NCBI GenBank assembly: GCA_037190965.1
Contig: JBBCKI010000063.1
Location: 1 to 64,000, forward strand
From: Chthoniobacteraceae bacterium
Lineage (GTDB): Bacteria > Verrucomicrobiota > Verrucomicrobiia > Chthoniobacterales > Chthoniobacteraceae
Length of the DNA stretch: 64,000 nucleotides
Direction of reading: 5' to 3'
Program-made: the position numbers and the translations under genes
The notes under the pieces: generated by a model
Databases searched by the model: none
Told to the model about the DNA's origin: nothing
Seen by the model: only the letters and a program-made list of their open reading frames with translations
Shown here: in pieces, positions 21,654 to 32,405 of the stretch
How the letters are laid out: every line of letters starts with the position of its first letter
How positions within the stretch are numbered: position 1 is the first letter of the stretch

Positions 21654-23117
21654 ATGCGACATCCCGTTTCGCTCCTCCTTCTTTTGTTAACGCTCCAGGT
21701 TCGGTCGTTTGGCATCACCATCCCGGAGATCCGAAAAAGCCTGGTGCGGATTACCACAACCTCGCAGGAGGCGAACTACCGCGTCCCGTGGCAACTGGGC
21801 AGCGTGAGCGGCGGGACGGGGGCCGGCTTCGTCATTAAGGGGAACCGCATCCTGACCAATGCCCACGTCGTCAGCAACGCCCGCTTCCTTTCGCTGGAGC
21901 GGGAGAACGACCCGAAGCGTTACATCGCGCGCGTGGAACACATTGCCCACGACTGTGACCTCGCCGTCCTGACGGTGACCGACCCGAAATTCTTCGAGGG
22001 CACCGCGCCACTCCCCTTCACCAAGAAAATCCCGCAGATTGAGTCATCGGTCTCCGTCTACGGCTACCCGATTGGGGGGAACCGCCTCTCCGTGACCACA
22101 GGGGTGGTTTCACGCATCGACTTCCAGACATACTCCCATTCCGCGGTCGATTCCCACCTCGCTATCCAGACGAATGCCGCGATCAACCCCGGCAACAGCG
22201 GCGGCCCGGTCTTGCAGGAGGGCAAAGTCGTCGGCGTCGCTTTTCAGGGTTACAGCGGCGATGTCGCCCAGAACGTCGGGTACATGATCCCGGTGCCCGT
22301 GGTGCAGCGCTTCCTCAAAGACGTCGAAGACGGGAAGTACGATCACTACATGGATCTCTCCATCGCCACCTTTCCGCTGCTCAACCCCGCGCAACGACGC
22401 GCGCTCGGCCTGCCGAATGACGACAAGGGCATCCTTGTCGGCTCGGTCATTTCCGGAGGCGCATGCGACGGGATACTTCAATCCGGGGATGTGATCCTCA
22501 GCATCGACGGGCATGACGTGGAGGCCGACGGATTCGTGGAGCTCGAGGGCGAACGGGTGGAGATGCCGGAGATTGTGGAGCGCAAATTCAAGGGCGACTC
22601 CGTAAAGTTCCGCATTCTCCGCGACAAAAAGGAACTGACCCTCTCCACCACCTTCGACGAGGCATGGCCTCACCAGCTTCAGGCCAACAAGTACGACATC
22701 CGGCCGCGCTATGTGCTCTTTGGCGGGCTTCTCTTCCAACCCCTCTCCCGCAATTTTCTGGAGACCTACCAGACCGACGATCTGCGGGTCCGCTTCTTCT
22801 ACAACTACTTCCTGGCCGATGAAATCTACAAGGAACGCCCGGACGTCATCGTGCTGAGCGCCATTCTGCCCGACCCGATCAACACCTATCTTGGCGATCT
22901 GAGAAACGGCATCGTCGACGAGGTCAACGGGACCAAAATCAAGACGCTGCAGGAGCTTTCCGACGCCTTCGCCAAACAGTCCGACGATTACGTCATCAAA
23001 CTCGTGGGAGAAGGCCGCCCCATCGTCCTCGAACGTGCCGCCGTGGAAGGCGCGCGGGAGAGAATCAACGCCCGTTACAACGTTCGCGCCGAACAGAACC
23101 TGAGCGAGACGCCATGA
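21654..23117 (+). CDS. Deg/HtrA-family serine protease with PDZ domains (plant Deg2/Deg9-like)
   Basis: Catalytic triad motifs TNAH, CDLA and AAINPGNSGGP; signal peptide from ATG 21654. Confidence 0.9.
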   Translation: MRHPVSLLLLLLTLQVRSFGITIPEIRKSLVRITTTSQEANYRVPWQLGSVSGGTGAGFVIKGNRILTNAHVVSNARFLSLERENDPKRYIARVEHIAHDCDLAVLTVTDPKFFEGTAPLPFTKKIPQIESSVSVYGYPIGGNRLSVTTGVVSRIDFQTYSHSAVDSHLAIQTNAAINPGNSGGPVLQEGKVVGVAFQGYSGDVAQNVGYMIPVPVVQRFLKDVEDGKYDHYMDLSIATFPLLNPAQRRALGLPNDDKGILVGSVISGGACDGILQSGDVILSIDGHDVEADGFVELEGERVEMPEIVERKFKGDSVKFRILRDKKELTLSTTFDEAWPHQLQANKYDIRPRYVLFGGLLFQPLSRNFLETYQTDDLRVRFFYNYFLADEIYKERPDVIVLSAILPDPINTYLGDLRNGIVDEVNGTKIKTLQELSDAFAKQSDDYVIKLVGEGRPIVLERAAVEGARERINARYNVRAEQNLSETP

Positions 23118-24781
23118 AGAGCCCCACAGATCCCAAGCTCTTTTTCTCCTTTCCCAAGCCGCCCTTGCTTATGACTTCCCGCATTGTTTGTCTGATCTGC
23201 CTTTTCCCGCTCTCCGGAGCGTTATCCCCGTCGGCGTTCGGAAAGAAGGCCGCAGAGCCCGTCACCGCCAACACGGTCGCCGTCGTGCTCGACCAGAAGG
23301 CCGAGGTCACCACGGAAAAGCCGCTCTCCGTGATCCGGGTGAACGTGACCAACCAGCCGTACGATTTCTTCCGCCCTTGGACCAAACGCGCCCCGTACCA
23401 GCGTCGCGCCGTCGGTCCCGTGCTGGATGGCCCGGGGGGTAAGCAGGTCCTTGTCACCGGGGAACTCGTGGCCAACGCCACCTATGTGGAACTCGAAAAG
23501 CCCGATAGCGGCGAAAAGACTCCCGCGATGGTGGTGGCGCTCGACTACGCCTGCAACCTTGCCCTCGTCAAACCGGTCTCCGAACGCTTTCTCGACAGCT
23601 TCAAGGCGCTTGCCCTTGGCGAATCGCGCATCGGCGACGATCTTTTCGTCTGGCAGCTCGAAGGCAACGGGACGCTGCTGAGCACCCGCGCCCTGCTGAC
23701 TTCGGCGGAGGTCTCGCGCTACCCGATCGACGACACCTCGCTGCTCCTCTACCGGCTTACCTCCGCCTTGCAGCCGCGCGAAGGGAGCTTCACGACGCCG
23801 GTGGTCCGGGGCGATTTCCTGACCGGAATGGTCGTCCGGTTCGACTCCCGCACTCAGAATGCCGACGCCATTCCCGCCCCGGTCATCCGGCATTTTATCA
23901 AATCTGCCGCCGAGAAATCGGGTGGATTCCCACAGGCCGGGTTCAGCTTCTCCGCCCTGCGCGATCCGCAACTGCGCCGCTACAGCGGCCTGACCAATGG
24001 CAATGACGGCGTTTACATCACCGAAGTCCAACGCGGCAGCGCGGCCGAAAAAGCGGGGCTTCAGGTGGGCGACGTGCTTCAGAGCATCGGCGACCGGCCC
24101 GTGGACCGCGACGGGAACTACCTTGACCCCGTTTACGGCAAGGTCTCCATCGTTCACCTTCTTTCCACGCTTCATTTCTCGGGCGAAACCGTCCCGTTCA
24201 AAATTGCGCGACAGGGAGACTCGGTCACGCTCAACGTCACCCTCACCCATGCCGATCCCACCAAATCGGTCATCGAGCCTTACGTGATCGATCGCGCGCC
24301 GCGCTATCACATCGTCGGCGGGCTGGTCTTTCAGGAGCTTTCCCGGCAGTACCTCAAGGAGTGGGGGCTCGACTGGGTCAAAAAGGCGCCGGACCGCTTC
24401 GTTTACCTCGACCGCTACCAGTCTGAGCTTTTCAAGGACGATCCCCGGGAACGCGTTGTCATCCTGAGCCAGGTTCTCCCCTCCCCCTGCACGATCGGGT
24501 ATGAAGAATTGAGCGGGCTGATCGTCAACGAGATCAACGGTGTAAAACTCAAAAGCATCGCTGACATCGAAAGCGCGCTGACCAACTCCATCGATGGATT
24601 CCATCGCATTCGCTTCCCGGATGGCCCCCGCGAAATCGTCCTGGATGCCAAAGAGGTTGCCGAGATTGAGCCTGATCTGATGAAAAACTACGGACTGCCC
24701 GCCCTCAAATCGGTCGAGCCCGAAGGCGCGGCGACTGCGACGGCCTCCGCAAAGACGGAATCGGGCGCGGCGGGAAAATAA
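23114..24781 (+). CDS. Deg-like PDZ protein with a degenerate protease domain
   Basis: Same architecture as the upstream gene (GGLVFQELSRQYL, IVNEING), but TGEL, CNLA and EGSFT replace the triad motifs; ATGA overlap. Confidence 0.8.
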   Translation: MKSPTDPKLFFSFPKPPLLMTSRIVCLICLFPLSGALSPSAFGKKAAEPVTANTVAVVLDQKAEVTTEKPLSVIRVNVTNQPYDFFRPWTKRAPYQRRAVGPVLDGPGGKQVLVTGELVANATYVELEKPDSGEKTPAMVVALDYACNLALVKPVSERFLDSFKALALGESRIGDDLFVWQLEGNGTLLSTRALLTSAEVSRYPIDDTSLLLYRLTSALQPREGSFTTPVVRGDFLTGMVVRFDSRTQNADAIPAPVIRHFIKSAAEKSGGFPQAGFSFSALRDPQLRRYSGLTNGNDGVYITEVQRGSAAEKAGLQVGDVLQSIGDRPVDRDGNYLDPVYGKVSIVHLLSTLHFSGETVPFKIARQGDSVTLNVTLTHADPTKSVIEPYVIDRAPRYHIVGGLVFQELSRQYLKEWGLDWVKKAPDRFVYLDRYQSELFKDDPRERVVILSQVLPSPCTIGYEELSGLIVNEINGVKLKSIADIESALTNSIDGFHRIRFPDGPREIVLDAKEVAEIEPDLMKNYGLPALKSVEPEGAATATASAKTESGAAGK

Positions 24782-24833
24782 GGCAATTGTCGTTTGCAAT
24801 CGCGCGGCGGCATTTGCAATATGACCCGCTTCT

Positions 24834-26420
24834 ATGTCCGAGCCCGCCAACGTGTCCAAAATCGTCATTCTCGACTTCGGGTCGCAGTACACCCAGGTCA
24901 TCGCCCGGCGCATTCGCGAGTGTGCCGTTTATTCGCAGATCGTGAAGTACGACACGGCTCCGGAGGAGATCGCGAAACTCGGCGCGCGCGGCATCATTCT
25001 CTCGGGCGGCCCGGCCAGCGTTTATTCGAAGGACGCCCCGCAGGTCGATCCCCGGATTTTTGATCTCGGCATTCCGGTGCTCGGCATCTGTTACGGGATG
25101 CAGCTCATGGGCTTCCACTTGGGCGGCAAGGTGGAACACTCCGACCGGCGCGAGTACGGCGCGGGCTCCCTCTTCCTGAAAAACGAGGCGGGCGAACGCA
25201 CCGGCCAGTGCGGGCTTTTTGACGGCCTGCCGGACTCCCTCGACGTCTGGAACAGCCACGGTGACAAACTCACCAAGCTCCCCTCCGGCTTTCACGCCGT
25301 GGGGCATACCGACAACTCCCCCTTTGCCGCCATCGAGAACGCGCAGAAGCGTTTCTTCGGCCTCCAGTTCCACCCCGAGGTGGCACACACCCCGCGCGGC
25401 AAGGAGATCATCCAGAATTTTGTTTACAAGATCTGCGAGTGCAAGATGGACTGGACGATGGGGTCGTTCATCGAGCAGACCTGCGAGGAGATCCGCCGCA
25501 CCGTCGGCAAAGATCATGTCGTGCTCGGCTTGAGCGGCGGCGTCGATTCCTCCGTCGCGGCGGCCCTGCTCCACAAGGCCATCGGCGACCAGCTCACCTG
25601 CGTGTTCGTCAACAACGGCCTGCTCCGCGCCAACGAGGCGGAATCGGTGCAGAAACTCTACGGCGACAACTTCCAGATCAAGCTCAAGTATGTCGACGCC
25701 TCCGCCCAATTCCTGGGCAAGCTCGCGGGCGTCACCGACCCCGAGACGAAGCGTAAAATCATCGGCACCGAGTTCATCCGCGTTTTTGAAGATGCCGTGC
25801 GCGATCTCACCACCGGGAGCGAAAACTTCCGCTTCCTCGCGCAAGGCACGCTGTATCCCGACGTGATCGAGAGCGTCTCCATCTCCGGGAATCCCGCCGC
25901 GCTCATCAAGAGCCACCACAACGTCGGCGGGCTGCCCGAAGACATGAAATTCGAACTGGTCGAACCGCTTCGGCAGCTTTTCAAAGACGAAGTGCGCCAG
26001 GTCGGCACCCAGCTCGGGCTGCCGAAGGAAGTGGTGCACCGCCAGCCGTTCCCCGGCCCCGGCCTTGCTGTTCGCATCCTTGGCGAGATCACCGAGGAAC
26101 GCCTCCGCATCCTTCGCGACGCCGACGCGATCGTCGTCAGCGAGATGAAAGCGAGCGAATGGTACTACCGAGTCTGGCAGTCGTTCGCCGTGCTTCTCCC
26201 CGTCCGCTCCGTGGGCGTCATGGGCGATGAGCGGACCTACGAGAACACGGTCGCGCTCCGCATCGTCGAGAGCCAGGACGGCATGACCGCCGACTGGGTG
26301 CGCCTCCCCTACGAGTTGCTCGCCAAGATCTCTTCGCGCATCTGCAACGAAGTCAAAGGGGTCAACCGAGTCTGCTACGACATCTCCAGCAAGCCACCGA
26401 GCACGATTGAGTGGGAGTAA
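24834..26420 (+). CDS. guaA: GMP synthase (glutamine-hydrolysing)
   Basis: [35 protein letters not shown] and KPPSTIEWE. Confidence 0.98.
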   Translation: MSEPANVSKIVILDFGSQYTQVIARRIRECAVYSQIVKYDTAPEEIAKLGARGIILSGGPASVYSKDAPQVDPRIFDLGIPVLGICYGMQLMGFHLGGKVEHSDRREYGAGSLFLKNEAGERTGQCGLFDGLPDSLDVWNSHGDKLTKLPSGFHAVGHTDNSPFAAIENAQKRFFGLQFHPEVAHTPRGKEIIQNFVYKICECKMDWTMGSFIEQTCEEIRRTVGKDHVVLGLSGGVDSSVAAALLHKAIGDQLTCVFVNNGLLRANEAESVQKLYGDNFQIKLKYVDASAQFLGKLAGVTDPETKRKIIGTEFIRVFEDAVRDLTTGSENFRFLAQGTLYPDVIESVSISGNPAALIKSHHNVGGLPEDMKFELVEPLRQLFKDEVRQVGTQLGLPKEVVHRQPFPGPGLAVRILGEITEERLRILRDADAIVVSEMKASEWYYRVWQSFAVLLPVRSVGVMGDERTYENTVALRIVESQDGMTADWVRLPYELLAKISSRICNEVKGVNRVCYDISSKPPSTIEWE

Positions 26421-26481
26421 ATCCCACCTGGAGAGCACTAAGGAAGACGCACTCAGCCCCTTCTGCTTTCAGTGGAAAAGA

Positions 26482-26637
26482 GGTAGCCCGCTCGCGCCGT
26501 CGAGCGCGGGATCGGTGAAGAGTCGCGTTTGGCGCGCATCCCCCCGCGGGACGGGCTCGACGGGCCGCCGGGATTGGAATGTAGCCGTCATGAAATCACG
26601 AAGTCGATACCCGCGCTCGCGGCGCGAGCGAGCTACC
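26482..26637. repeat. REPIN-like element (copy 3)
   Basis: GGTAGCCCGCTCGCGCCGTCGAGCGCGGG ... CCCGCGCTCGCGGCGCGAGCGAGCTACC between convergent genes. Confidence 0.85.
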
Positions 26638-26696
26638 GGTGATGCCACACCGGGCTACACCAAGCCACGTCTTCTTCATCAAACATTTGCTGCCCC

Positions 26697-27497
26697 TTAC
26701 TCGTGGTAATTCCAAAGCAAACCGCCATCCACAAACACCGTCGTCCCGGTCATATACGCCGCGTCGTCTGAGGCTAGGAACGCCGCCACGCCCGCAACGT
26801 CATCCGTCTCACCCAGGCGACCAAGAGGGATCTGGGAGACCAGCGCGGCCACCTTCTTCTCGTCCTTCAGAAGAGTGACATTGATGGGGGTGCGGATCGC
26901 CCCCGGTGCGATGCTGTTGATGGTAATCCCCAGGGGAGCCAGTTCGACCGCCAGATTGCGCGTGAGCATCCTGACGCCGCCCTTGCTTGCGCAGTAGGCG
27001 GCAAAGCCCGGCAACGGCAGTTCCTCGTGCACCGAACTGATGTTGATGACCCGGCCCGGCTGCCGTGCCGCCTTGAGCGCGCAGACGAAGGCCCGCGTGG
27101 TGAAGAAAACTCCCCTCAGGTTAACGTCGAGCACACGGTCATAATCTTCCTCGGAGACCTCCCAGAACGGCGCTTTGCGTTCGAGCCCGGCATTGTTGAC
27201 GAGGATGTCCACTTTGCCGAAGCGCTCCAGGGTTTTCTCAAAAATGGCCGGAATCTGGCGGGTGTCCCCAAGATCAGCCTGCACGGCCAGTCCCTTCCTG
27301 CCTTCCTCCTCGATCTTCCCGACCGTCTCGGCCGCGCCTTCGGGGTGGCTCCGATAGACCACCGCCACATCGGCCCCGTCCCGCGCCAACCGAATGGCGA
27401 TCCCCTGCCCTATTCCCTGGCTGCCGCCGGTCACGAGGGCGACTTTCCCGGCAAGCCTCTGTCCTGATCCTTGTTTTTCGTTCATGGCGATTGCCAT
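26697..27497 (-). CDS. SDR oxidoreductase, glucose 1-dehydrogenase-like
   Basis: TGGSQGIG, NNAG, SSVHE, YCASK and PGAI.TPIN. Confidence 0.9.
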   Translation of the reverse strand: MAIAMNEKQGSGQRLAGKVALVTGGSQGIGQGIAIRLARDGADVAVVYRSHPEGAAETVGKIEEEGRKGLAVQADLGDTRQIPAIFEKTLERFGKVDILVNNAGLERKAPFWEVSEEDYDRVLDVNLRGVFFTTRAFVCALKAARQPGRVINISSVHEELPLPGFAAYCASKGGVRMLTRNLAVELAPLGITINSIAPGAIRTPINVTLLKDEKKVAALVSQIPLGRLGETDDVAGVAAFLASDDAAYMTGTTVFVDGGLLWNYHE

Positions 27498-27553
27498 TAA
27501 ATCGCGAGCCGCGCCCCTTCAGGTTGGCGTCAGGATTTGGACGCGGTGCTTTG

Positions 27554-27952
27554 CTAAAAGGACGCCCGCACAGGCACGGTCACTTCCAGCACCAGTTCCT
27601 GATCAAAGCGCTGTTGGTACGTGTTTCGAATCTTCTGGATTCGAATACTATCTTCCCGGCTCGGTTGATGAACGAGGAGCAGAAGCCATGTTTTTTCCCG
27701 GATCAATTTACCCTGTTTGGTGCGCCACTGCCCCTTGCTATCGATAATCGTCAGGCCGTCGGGAAATCGGGGCGTGATCTCGGTATCGAGAAACGACTGC
27801 CATTCCTTTTCCGAAACGGTCCCCCCATTGCCCTTCGTAGCACCGAAGTACAGTTCGGTCTTCACCATGGAACGGGAAGCAGAAGGAAGTGTCGAGCAGC
27901 CGCTGAAGGCGAGAAGCCCGATGGTGAGAAGGCAGAAAAGAGAGGCTTTCAT
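27554..27952 (-). CDS. DUF3574-like lipoprotein
   Basis: Lipobox FSGC; TELYFG, W..FLD.EITPRFPDGLT and GQW. Confidence 0.8.
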   Translation of the reverse strand: MKASLFCLLTIGLLAFSGCSTLPSASRSMVKTELYFGATKGNGGTVSEKEWQSFLDTEITPRFPDGLTIIDSKGQWRTKQGKLIREKTWLLLLVHQPSREDSIRIQKIRNTYQQRFDQELVLEVTVPVRASF

Positions 27953-28069
27953 CAGAGTTTGTCAGAGCAATGAGACATTGGGAGATTTCCTCCTCTTGTA
28001 TCGACTCAGGCAAGCCCCGTCCATCTGAACAGCTTGTTGCACGAAGCGCCAAAGATTAGACTCCCGGGC

Positions 28070-29032
28070 ATGCAATACGCGCAACTGGGCACAACGGATC
28101 TCAATGTTTCCCGAATCTGCTTCGGCACCTGGCAGCTCTCGCCTCGCTTTTGGGGCGAAATCCCGCTGGCCGAATGGCGGGAAGCACTTCATACAGCGTT
28201 GGAGCATGGTATCAACTTCATCGATACCGCCGACGCCTATGGCGATGGTTTTTCCGAAAGCACGCTGGGCGATGAACTTCGCGCCTCCGGCACACGGGAT
28301 CGCTTCGTCGTAGCCACCAAGTTTTACTGGAACATCACGTCGCAATCCCAACATCCCGACACCCGCCGCGACTACATCCTGCGCGCCTGCGAAACCTCTC
28401 TAAAGCGACTGAAGACCGATCGCATCGATCTCTACCAGATCCACGCCTGGGACCCTTTAATGCAGCCCGAAGGCGTCGGCGAGGCGTTCGCGCAGTTGCA
28501 TCGCGAAGGCAAGGTCCGTTGGTTCGGCGTCAGCAACTGGAACCCCACGCAAATCTCGCTGGGCCGCCGCCATTTCCAGATCTCCAGCCTCCAGCCCAAA
28601 TACAGCCTGCTCTCGCGGGAGATCGAAAAGCAGGAACTCCCCTGTTGTATGGAGCATCGAATCGGCACGCTCGTCTATTCACCCCTCGCCCGAGGGTTGC
28701 TCGGCGGGAAATATAAATCCGGCCAGACATTCAACGACCAACGAGCTTCGGAAATGCTTTTCCAGGGCCCGGCCTTCGAAGCGATCCTCGAAGGGGTGAA
28801 CGAGCTTCGCTTGCTGGCCGAGGCAAGCGGGTTGAGCGTCGCCCAATTCGCCATCCGGTGGGTCTTGACCCATCCGGGAGTCACCTCCGCCATCGTCGGC
28901 ATCAAGAGCCGCCCTCACCTCGACATTGCATCCGCCGCGGACGGCGTGCTCTCGCAGGAAATCTGGCATCGCGCCGCGGAAATCATGGAGAACGCCAAAG
29001 CCAAGGCCTTGAAAAATCAGGCGAACGGCTGA
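28070..29032 (+). CDS. Aldo/keto reductase
   Basis: FGTW, IDTADAYG, ATKF, IDLYQIH, GVSN and YSPLARGLL. Confidence 0.92.
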   Translation: MQYAQLGTTDLNVSRICFGTWQLSPRFWGEIPLAEWREALHTALEHGINFIDTADAYGDGFSESTLGDELRASGTRDRFVVATKFYWNITSQSQHPDTRRDYILRACETSLKRLKTDRIDLYQIHAWDPLMQPEGVGEAFAQLHREGKVRWFGVSNWNPTQISLGRRHFQISSLQPKYSLLSREIEKQELPCCMEHRIGTLVYSPLARGLLGGKYKSGQTFNDQRASEMLFQGPAFEAILEGVNELRLLAEASGLSVAQFAIRWVLTHPGVTSAIVGIKSRPHLDIASAADGVLSQEIWHRAAEIMENAKAKALKNQANG

Positions 29033-29124
29033 AACGTGGCCAAAAAACGGCGATCGGGAAAAAATTTTCGGAAACCCGTTTGACAAAACGCCGGTTTCCC
29101 GCCATTTTCCACCCCCTCGAAAGG

Positions 29125-29200
29125 GCATCCTTAGCTCAATTGGTAGAGCACGTGACTCTTAATCACTAGGTTCTGGGTTCGAGTCCCAGAGGATGCACCA
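29125..29200 (+). tRNA. tRNA-Lys (anticodon CTT)
   Basis: Acceptor stem GCATCCT/AGGATGC, D-arm TAGCTCAATTGGTAGAGC, anticodon loop CT-CTT-AA, TTCGAGT T-loop and encoded CCA. Confidence 0.96.
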
Positions 29201-29303
29201 TTAAACTCCTGAAAATCAGGAGCTTACGAGAGCGGCGGCGATTCGCCCGTCGCCCGGTAACTACATTGAACGGGGACTCGCTCTCCCTAGAGAACCTCCG
29301 CGA

Positions 29304-30776
29304 CTATCGCAAAACCACTTCCGAATCATGTTCGGAGAACGAAACTTCATCTCTGAGACGCCCAAATAGACTCAGAAGTGGACCGGTAAGAGCAGTGGTT
29401 ACGAGAGCCATGATCACCAGCATGGTGAAAATACGGGGCGAAAGAATGCCAAGATCGTAGCCGATGTTGAGGGCGATCAATTCCATCAATCCTCGCGTAT
29501 TCATCAAGGCCCCCAGTTGGAGAGAGTCTTTCCAACTCATACCGGTAAAGCGGGCGGCAACGGCTGATCCCCCCAGTTTTCCCAAGGTGGCCACGGCGAT
29601 AATCAAGAGACAAATCATCCAGTCCTGAAAACCTTCGAGAAGTCCTATCTGGGTTCTTAACCCGGTAAAGGCGAAGAACAAGGGGAGCAAAAGAACAGAA
29701 GCGAAGTTCTCAATGCGAATCCCCAGTTTATGCCGGAAGTTCGAGGTTTCAGGCATGATGGCTCCGGCAAGAAAGGCTCCAAACAAGGCGTGAATCCCCA
29801 TGACTTCCGTGCAAAGGGCTGCACCAAGTACCGTGCAAACAACGATGGCGAGCGCGCGCTTGGAAGGATTGGCGGATTCCAGTTCGGCTGCTCCAAGGAG
29901 TTTTGGCAGTGCACCCCGAACACCCCAAACCATTGCCCCGATAAACAAGAGAACCAGTGCAAGGTTGAAGGCAGAGGCGGTCATGCTCGTAGCCCGTGCA
30001 ATCGCGACGACAAACGCCAAGGCGCTCCACGCAGTGACATCATCCACCGCCGCGCAAGTCACCGCTGTGTTGCCGAGGTATGTCTTGGATAGATTCCTCT
30101 CTTGAAGGATGCGCGCCAGCACTGGAAAAGCCGTGATGCTCATTGAGATCCCCATAAACAAGGCGAAAGCGGTGAAGTTGGTTCCCGGTTGAGCCAGGCT
30201 GCTATAGAGGAAGTAGGCTAGGACAACCCCCAGAAAATAAGGGGCAACGATACTAGCGTGGCTAACGACAACCGCCGTGTGTGCCTTGTTCCTGACCTGC
30301 TTGACGTCAAGCTCCATCCCGACGGCGAACATAAAAAGGCAGACCCCAATCTGGCTCAATAGCTTGAGCGTGCCGAAGGAACTTTCAGGAAAGATAAAAT
30401 GGAGCGCCCCTGGAGCCATTAAGCCCAAAAGGGAAGGTCCAAGCAGGATTCCCGCTGTCATCTCGCCAATCACGGCGGGCTGTCCACACTTGGTAAACAA
30501 CCCTCCCAAAAGGCGGGATGCCGCAATAATCACCAGCAGCTGAATAAAAAGGTGGCTGAGAGGATGATCGAAGTTGGCTCGCAACCCCTCCAGCATCAAT
30601 TGCCCGACAGAATTCGAACCTCCGCCCTCTATCGTTGCAGCTTGTGCCACGGCGGCGACTCCATCGACCCCTGGCAGTGGCGGAGCGGGTAAATGCGCGC
30701 CCAGCCTGATCACGGCCGCGATGGCAAGCCCAACAAACGTAACAAGAACGACATAGAAGACAGTCGTGTTCCTCAT
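29304..30776 (-). CDS. Cation:proton antiporter (CPA2/Kef-type)
   Basis: QPAVIGE..AGILLGPS, SITAFPVLARIL, AAVDD and LMNTRGLMEL; start at 30776 overlaps the upstream stop (ATGA). Confidence 0.92.
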   Translation of the reverse strand: MRNTTVFYVVLVTFVGLAIAAVIRLGAHLPAPPLPGVDGVAAVAQAATIEGGGSNSVGQLMLEGLRANFDHPLSHLFIQLLVIIAASRLLGGLFTKCGQPAVIGEMTAGILLGPSLLGLMAPGALHFIFPESSFGTLKLLSQIGVCLFMFAVGMELDVKQVRNKAHTAVVVSHASIVAPYFLGVVLAYFLYSSLAQPGTNFTAFALFMGISMSITAFPVLARILQERNLSKTYLGNTAVTCAAVDDVTAWSALAFVVAIARATSMTASAFNLALVLLFIGAMVWGVRGALPKLLGAAELESANPSKRALAIVVCTVLGAALCTEVMGIHALFGAFLAGAIMPETSNFRHKLGIRIENFASVLLLPLFFAFTGLRTQIGLLEGFQDWMICLLIIAVATLGKLGGSAVAARFTGMSWKDSLQLGALMNTRGLMELIALNIGYDLGILSPRIFTMLVIMALVTTALTGPLLSLFGRLRDEVSFSEHDSEVVLR

Positions 30777-32365
30777 ACCTTCATTGTTTCTTTTGAAGAC
30801 ACCGGTGTGCATGCGACTTCTGGGCACTTGAGGTCCGGAGCAACAGGAGCTTCCGACTCACCCCAGCTCCGCCACCCCTCCCTGATCTCCAGAATCGCCC
30901 ATTCTCCCAACATCGTGAATAGGCGCACCGTATCTCTACGATTCAACGTAAAGCCGGGAATCAGGCAGCGGTTCCCCTTGTTCGTTCGCCCCAGCAGCCC
31001 CAAGCGCCGCCGACGCCGGGCAATAGCGGCAAAGCGCCGGTTATAAAGGCTCATCAAGGAAGCGACGATTCCCCCGCCAGGGCGTGTGAAGGGAGGTTCA
31101 TAAAGCGCAGTGGCCCCATCACGAAATGGCGGGACCACGACGCCCCAATAATAGAGACTCAAATCAAGCCGAAAGGCGAGACTCATCAAATCCCACTCCC
31201 CCATGTAATGGTATTTGTCTTTGTAGAGGCTCGTAAACCAACGCCGATGACAAGCGCTGAAATCATTGTTGTACTTGGAAAGCAACGGCGCCATCTCCAT
31301 GCCTTTGCGCTGCTGGGTAATCAGATTCGCCGCGCTACTGGTCGTAAACGAAATCCAGTCCATACCCGGGCTGTAGAAAGGGTCCATGAACGCAGCCGCA
31401 TCGCCGACGAGGACGAAGCCATCACCGGCAAAGGTGGTACTGTAGTAAGCGAGATTTCGCCTCCAGTGGACGTCCTCCTCATCATACTCAGCATCCTGGA
31501 GAATCTCCCGGGCTACGGGATGTTTCATCAGAAATGCCTTGAGGCGCTCTCCAATCTTGCCTTCCGTCTCCCACTGGACAATCCGTTGGTCAAACACAAT
31601 CCCCACACTGGTATCGCCACCCTTCAGAGGAATCCACCAACTCCACCAGCCATCTCCAATAATATGGTTCGTCGCCGTACCGCGAATCCCATAAATCGCC
31701 TGTGCCCAAGCCGGATATTTAGTGGCCAGTTCCAGCCCATCCCAATCCTTCAAGCCTTTCCATCGGGACCACGCCGCCGCCGTCGGATGCTCATCGTTCC
31801 GTCTCCACCATCCGTTCTTCCGTGCCAACAAAGCAGCAACGCCTGAAGCATCAACGACCCAACGGGCTTTGAACGTACGGGTTTCCTCCCCATATTTAAC
31901 CTCGACACGCTGCTGCCCTCCGGCAACCAGCTCCACGTTTCTAATGGTCGCAGGCCGAAGAATCTCAGCTCCGGCAACTCCCGCCCGACGCAGGACCTCT
32001 TCATCAAACGTCGCCCGATCAAGCTGGTACGAGGGGAGTCGCACGAGGTACTTTGCCCCCAGCTCACTTGCCTCAGCAATGGTTTCTACTGCGTCATTCT
32101 TGAACCAAAACCGCAATCCTTGCTTCGCGATATGATTTTCATTCAGGTAGCGGGTAAGCCCCAGGACCCGCCCCATAAAGAATGCGCTGACCTCGACTGT
32201 CGCCTCCCCGACGCGGCGGGATAGCTTCTCAGACCGCTCGATAATGAGCACCCGAAGACCAGGATTATGCCGCAAGAGCAAAGTTGCCGTTGCGGCTCCG
32301 GAGAGCGCTCCCCCCAGAACAATGACATCATAGTCACCTGCAGGATGCGGGGAGGATGGATTCAT
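30773..32365 (-). CDS. Flavin-dependent halogenase-like oxidoreductase
   Basis: GGALSG FAD motif, HIAKQG, WSWWIP (WxWxIP) and GDAAAFMDPFYSPG. Confidence 0.8.
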   Translation of the reverse strand: MNPSSPHPAGDYDVIVLGGALSGAATATLLLRHNPGLRVLIIERSEKLSRRVGEATVEVSAFFMGRVLGLTRYLNENHIAKQGLRFWFKNDAVETIAEASELGAKYLVRLPSYQLDRATFDEEVLRRAGVAGAEILRPATIRNVELVAGGQQRVEVKYGEETRTFKARWVVDASGVAALLARKNGWWRRNDEHPTAAAWSRWKGLKDWDGLELATKYPAWAQAIYGIRGTATNHIIGDGWWSWWIPLKGGDTSVGIVFDQRIVQWETEGKIGERLKAFLMKHPVAREILQDAEYDEEDVHWRRNLAYYSTTFAGDGFVLVGDAAAFMDPFYSPGMDWISFTTSSAANLITQQRKGMEMAPLLSKYNNDFSACHRRWFTSLYKDKYHYMGEWDLMSLAFRLDLSLYYWGVVVPPFRDGATALYEPPFTRPGGGIVASLMSLYNRRFAAIARRRRRLGLLGRTNKGNRCLIPGFTLNRRDTVRLFTMLGEWAILEIREGWRSWGESEAPVAPDLKCPEVACTPVSSKETMKV

Positions 32366-32405
32366 TGCTGAGGAAGTGCCGGTTAAAGCGACATCAAGCG
32401 TTGCG

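Noticed and set aside
29201..29300. Active integrative element at tRNA-Lys
   Set aside because: No integrase and no duplicated tRNA 3' end were seen in the window
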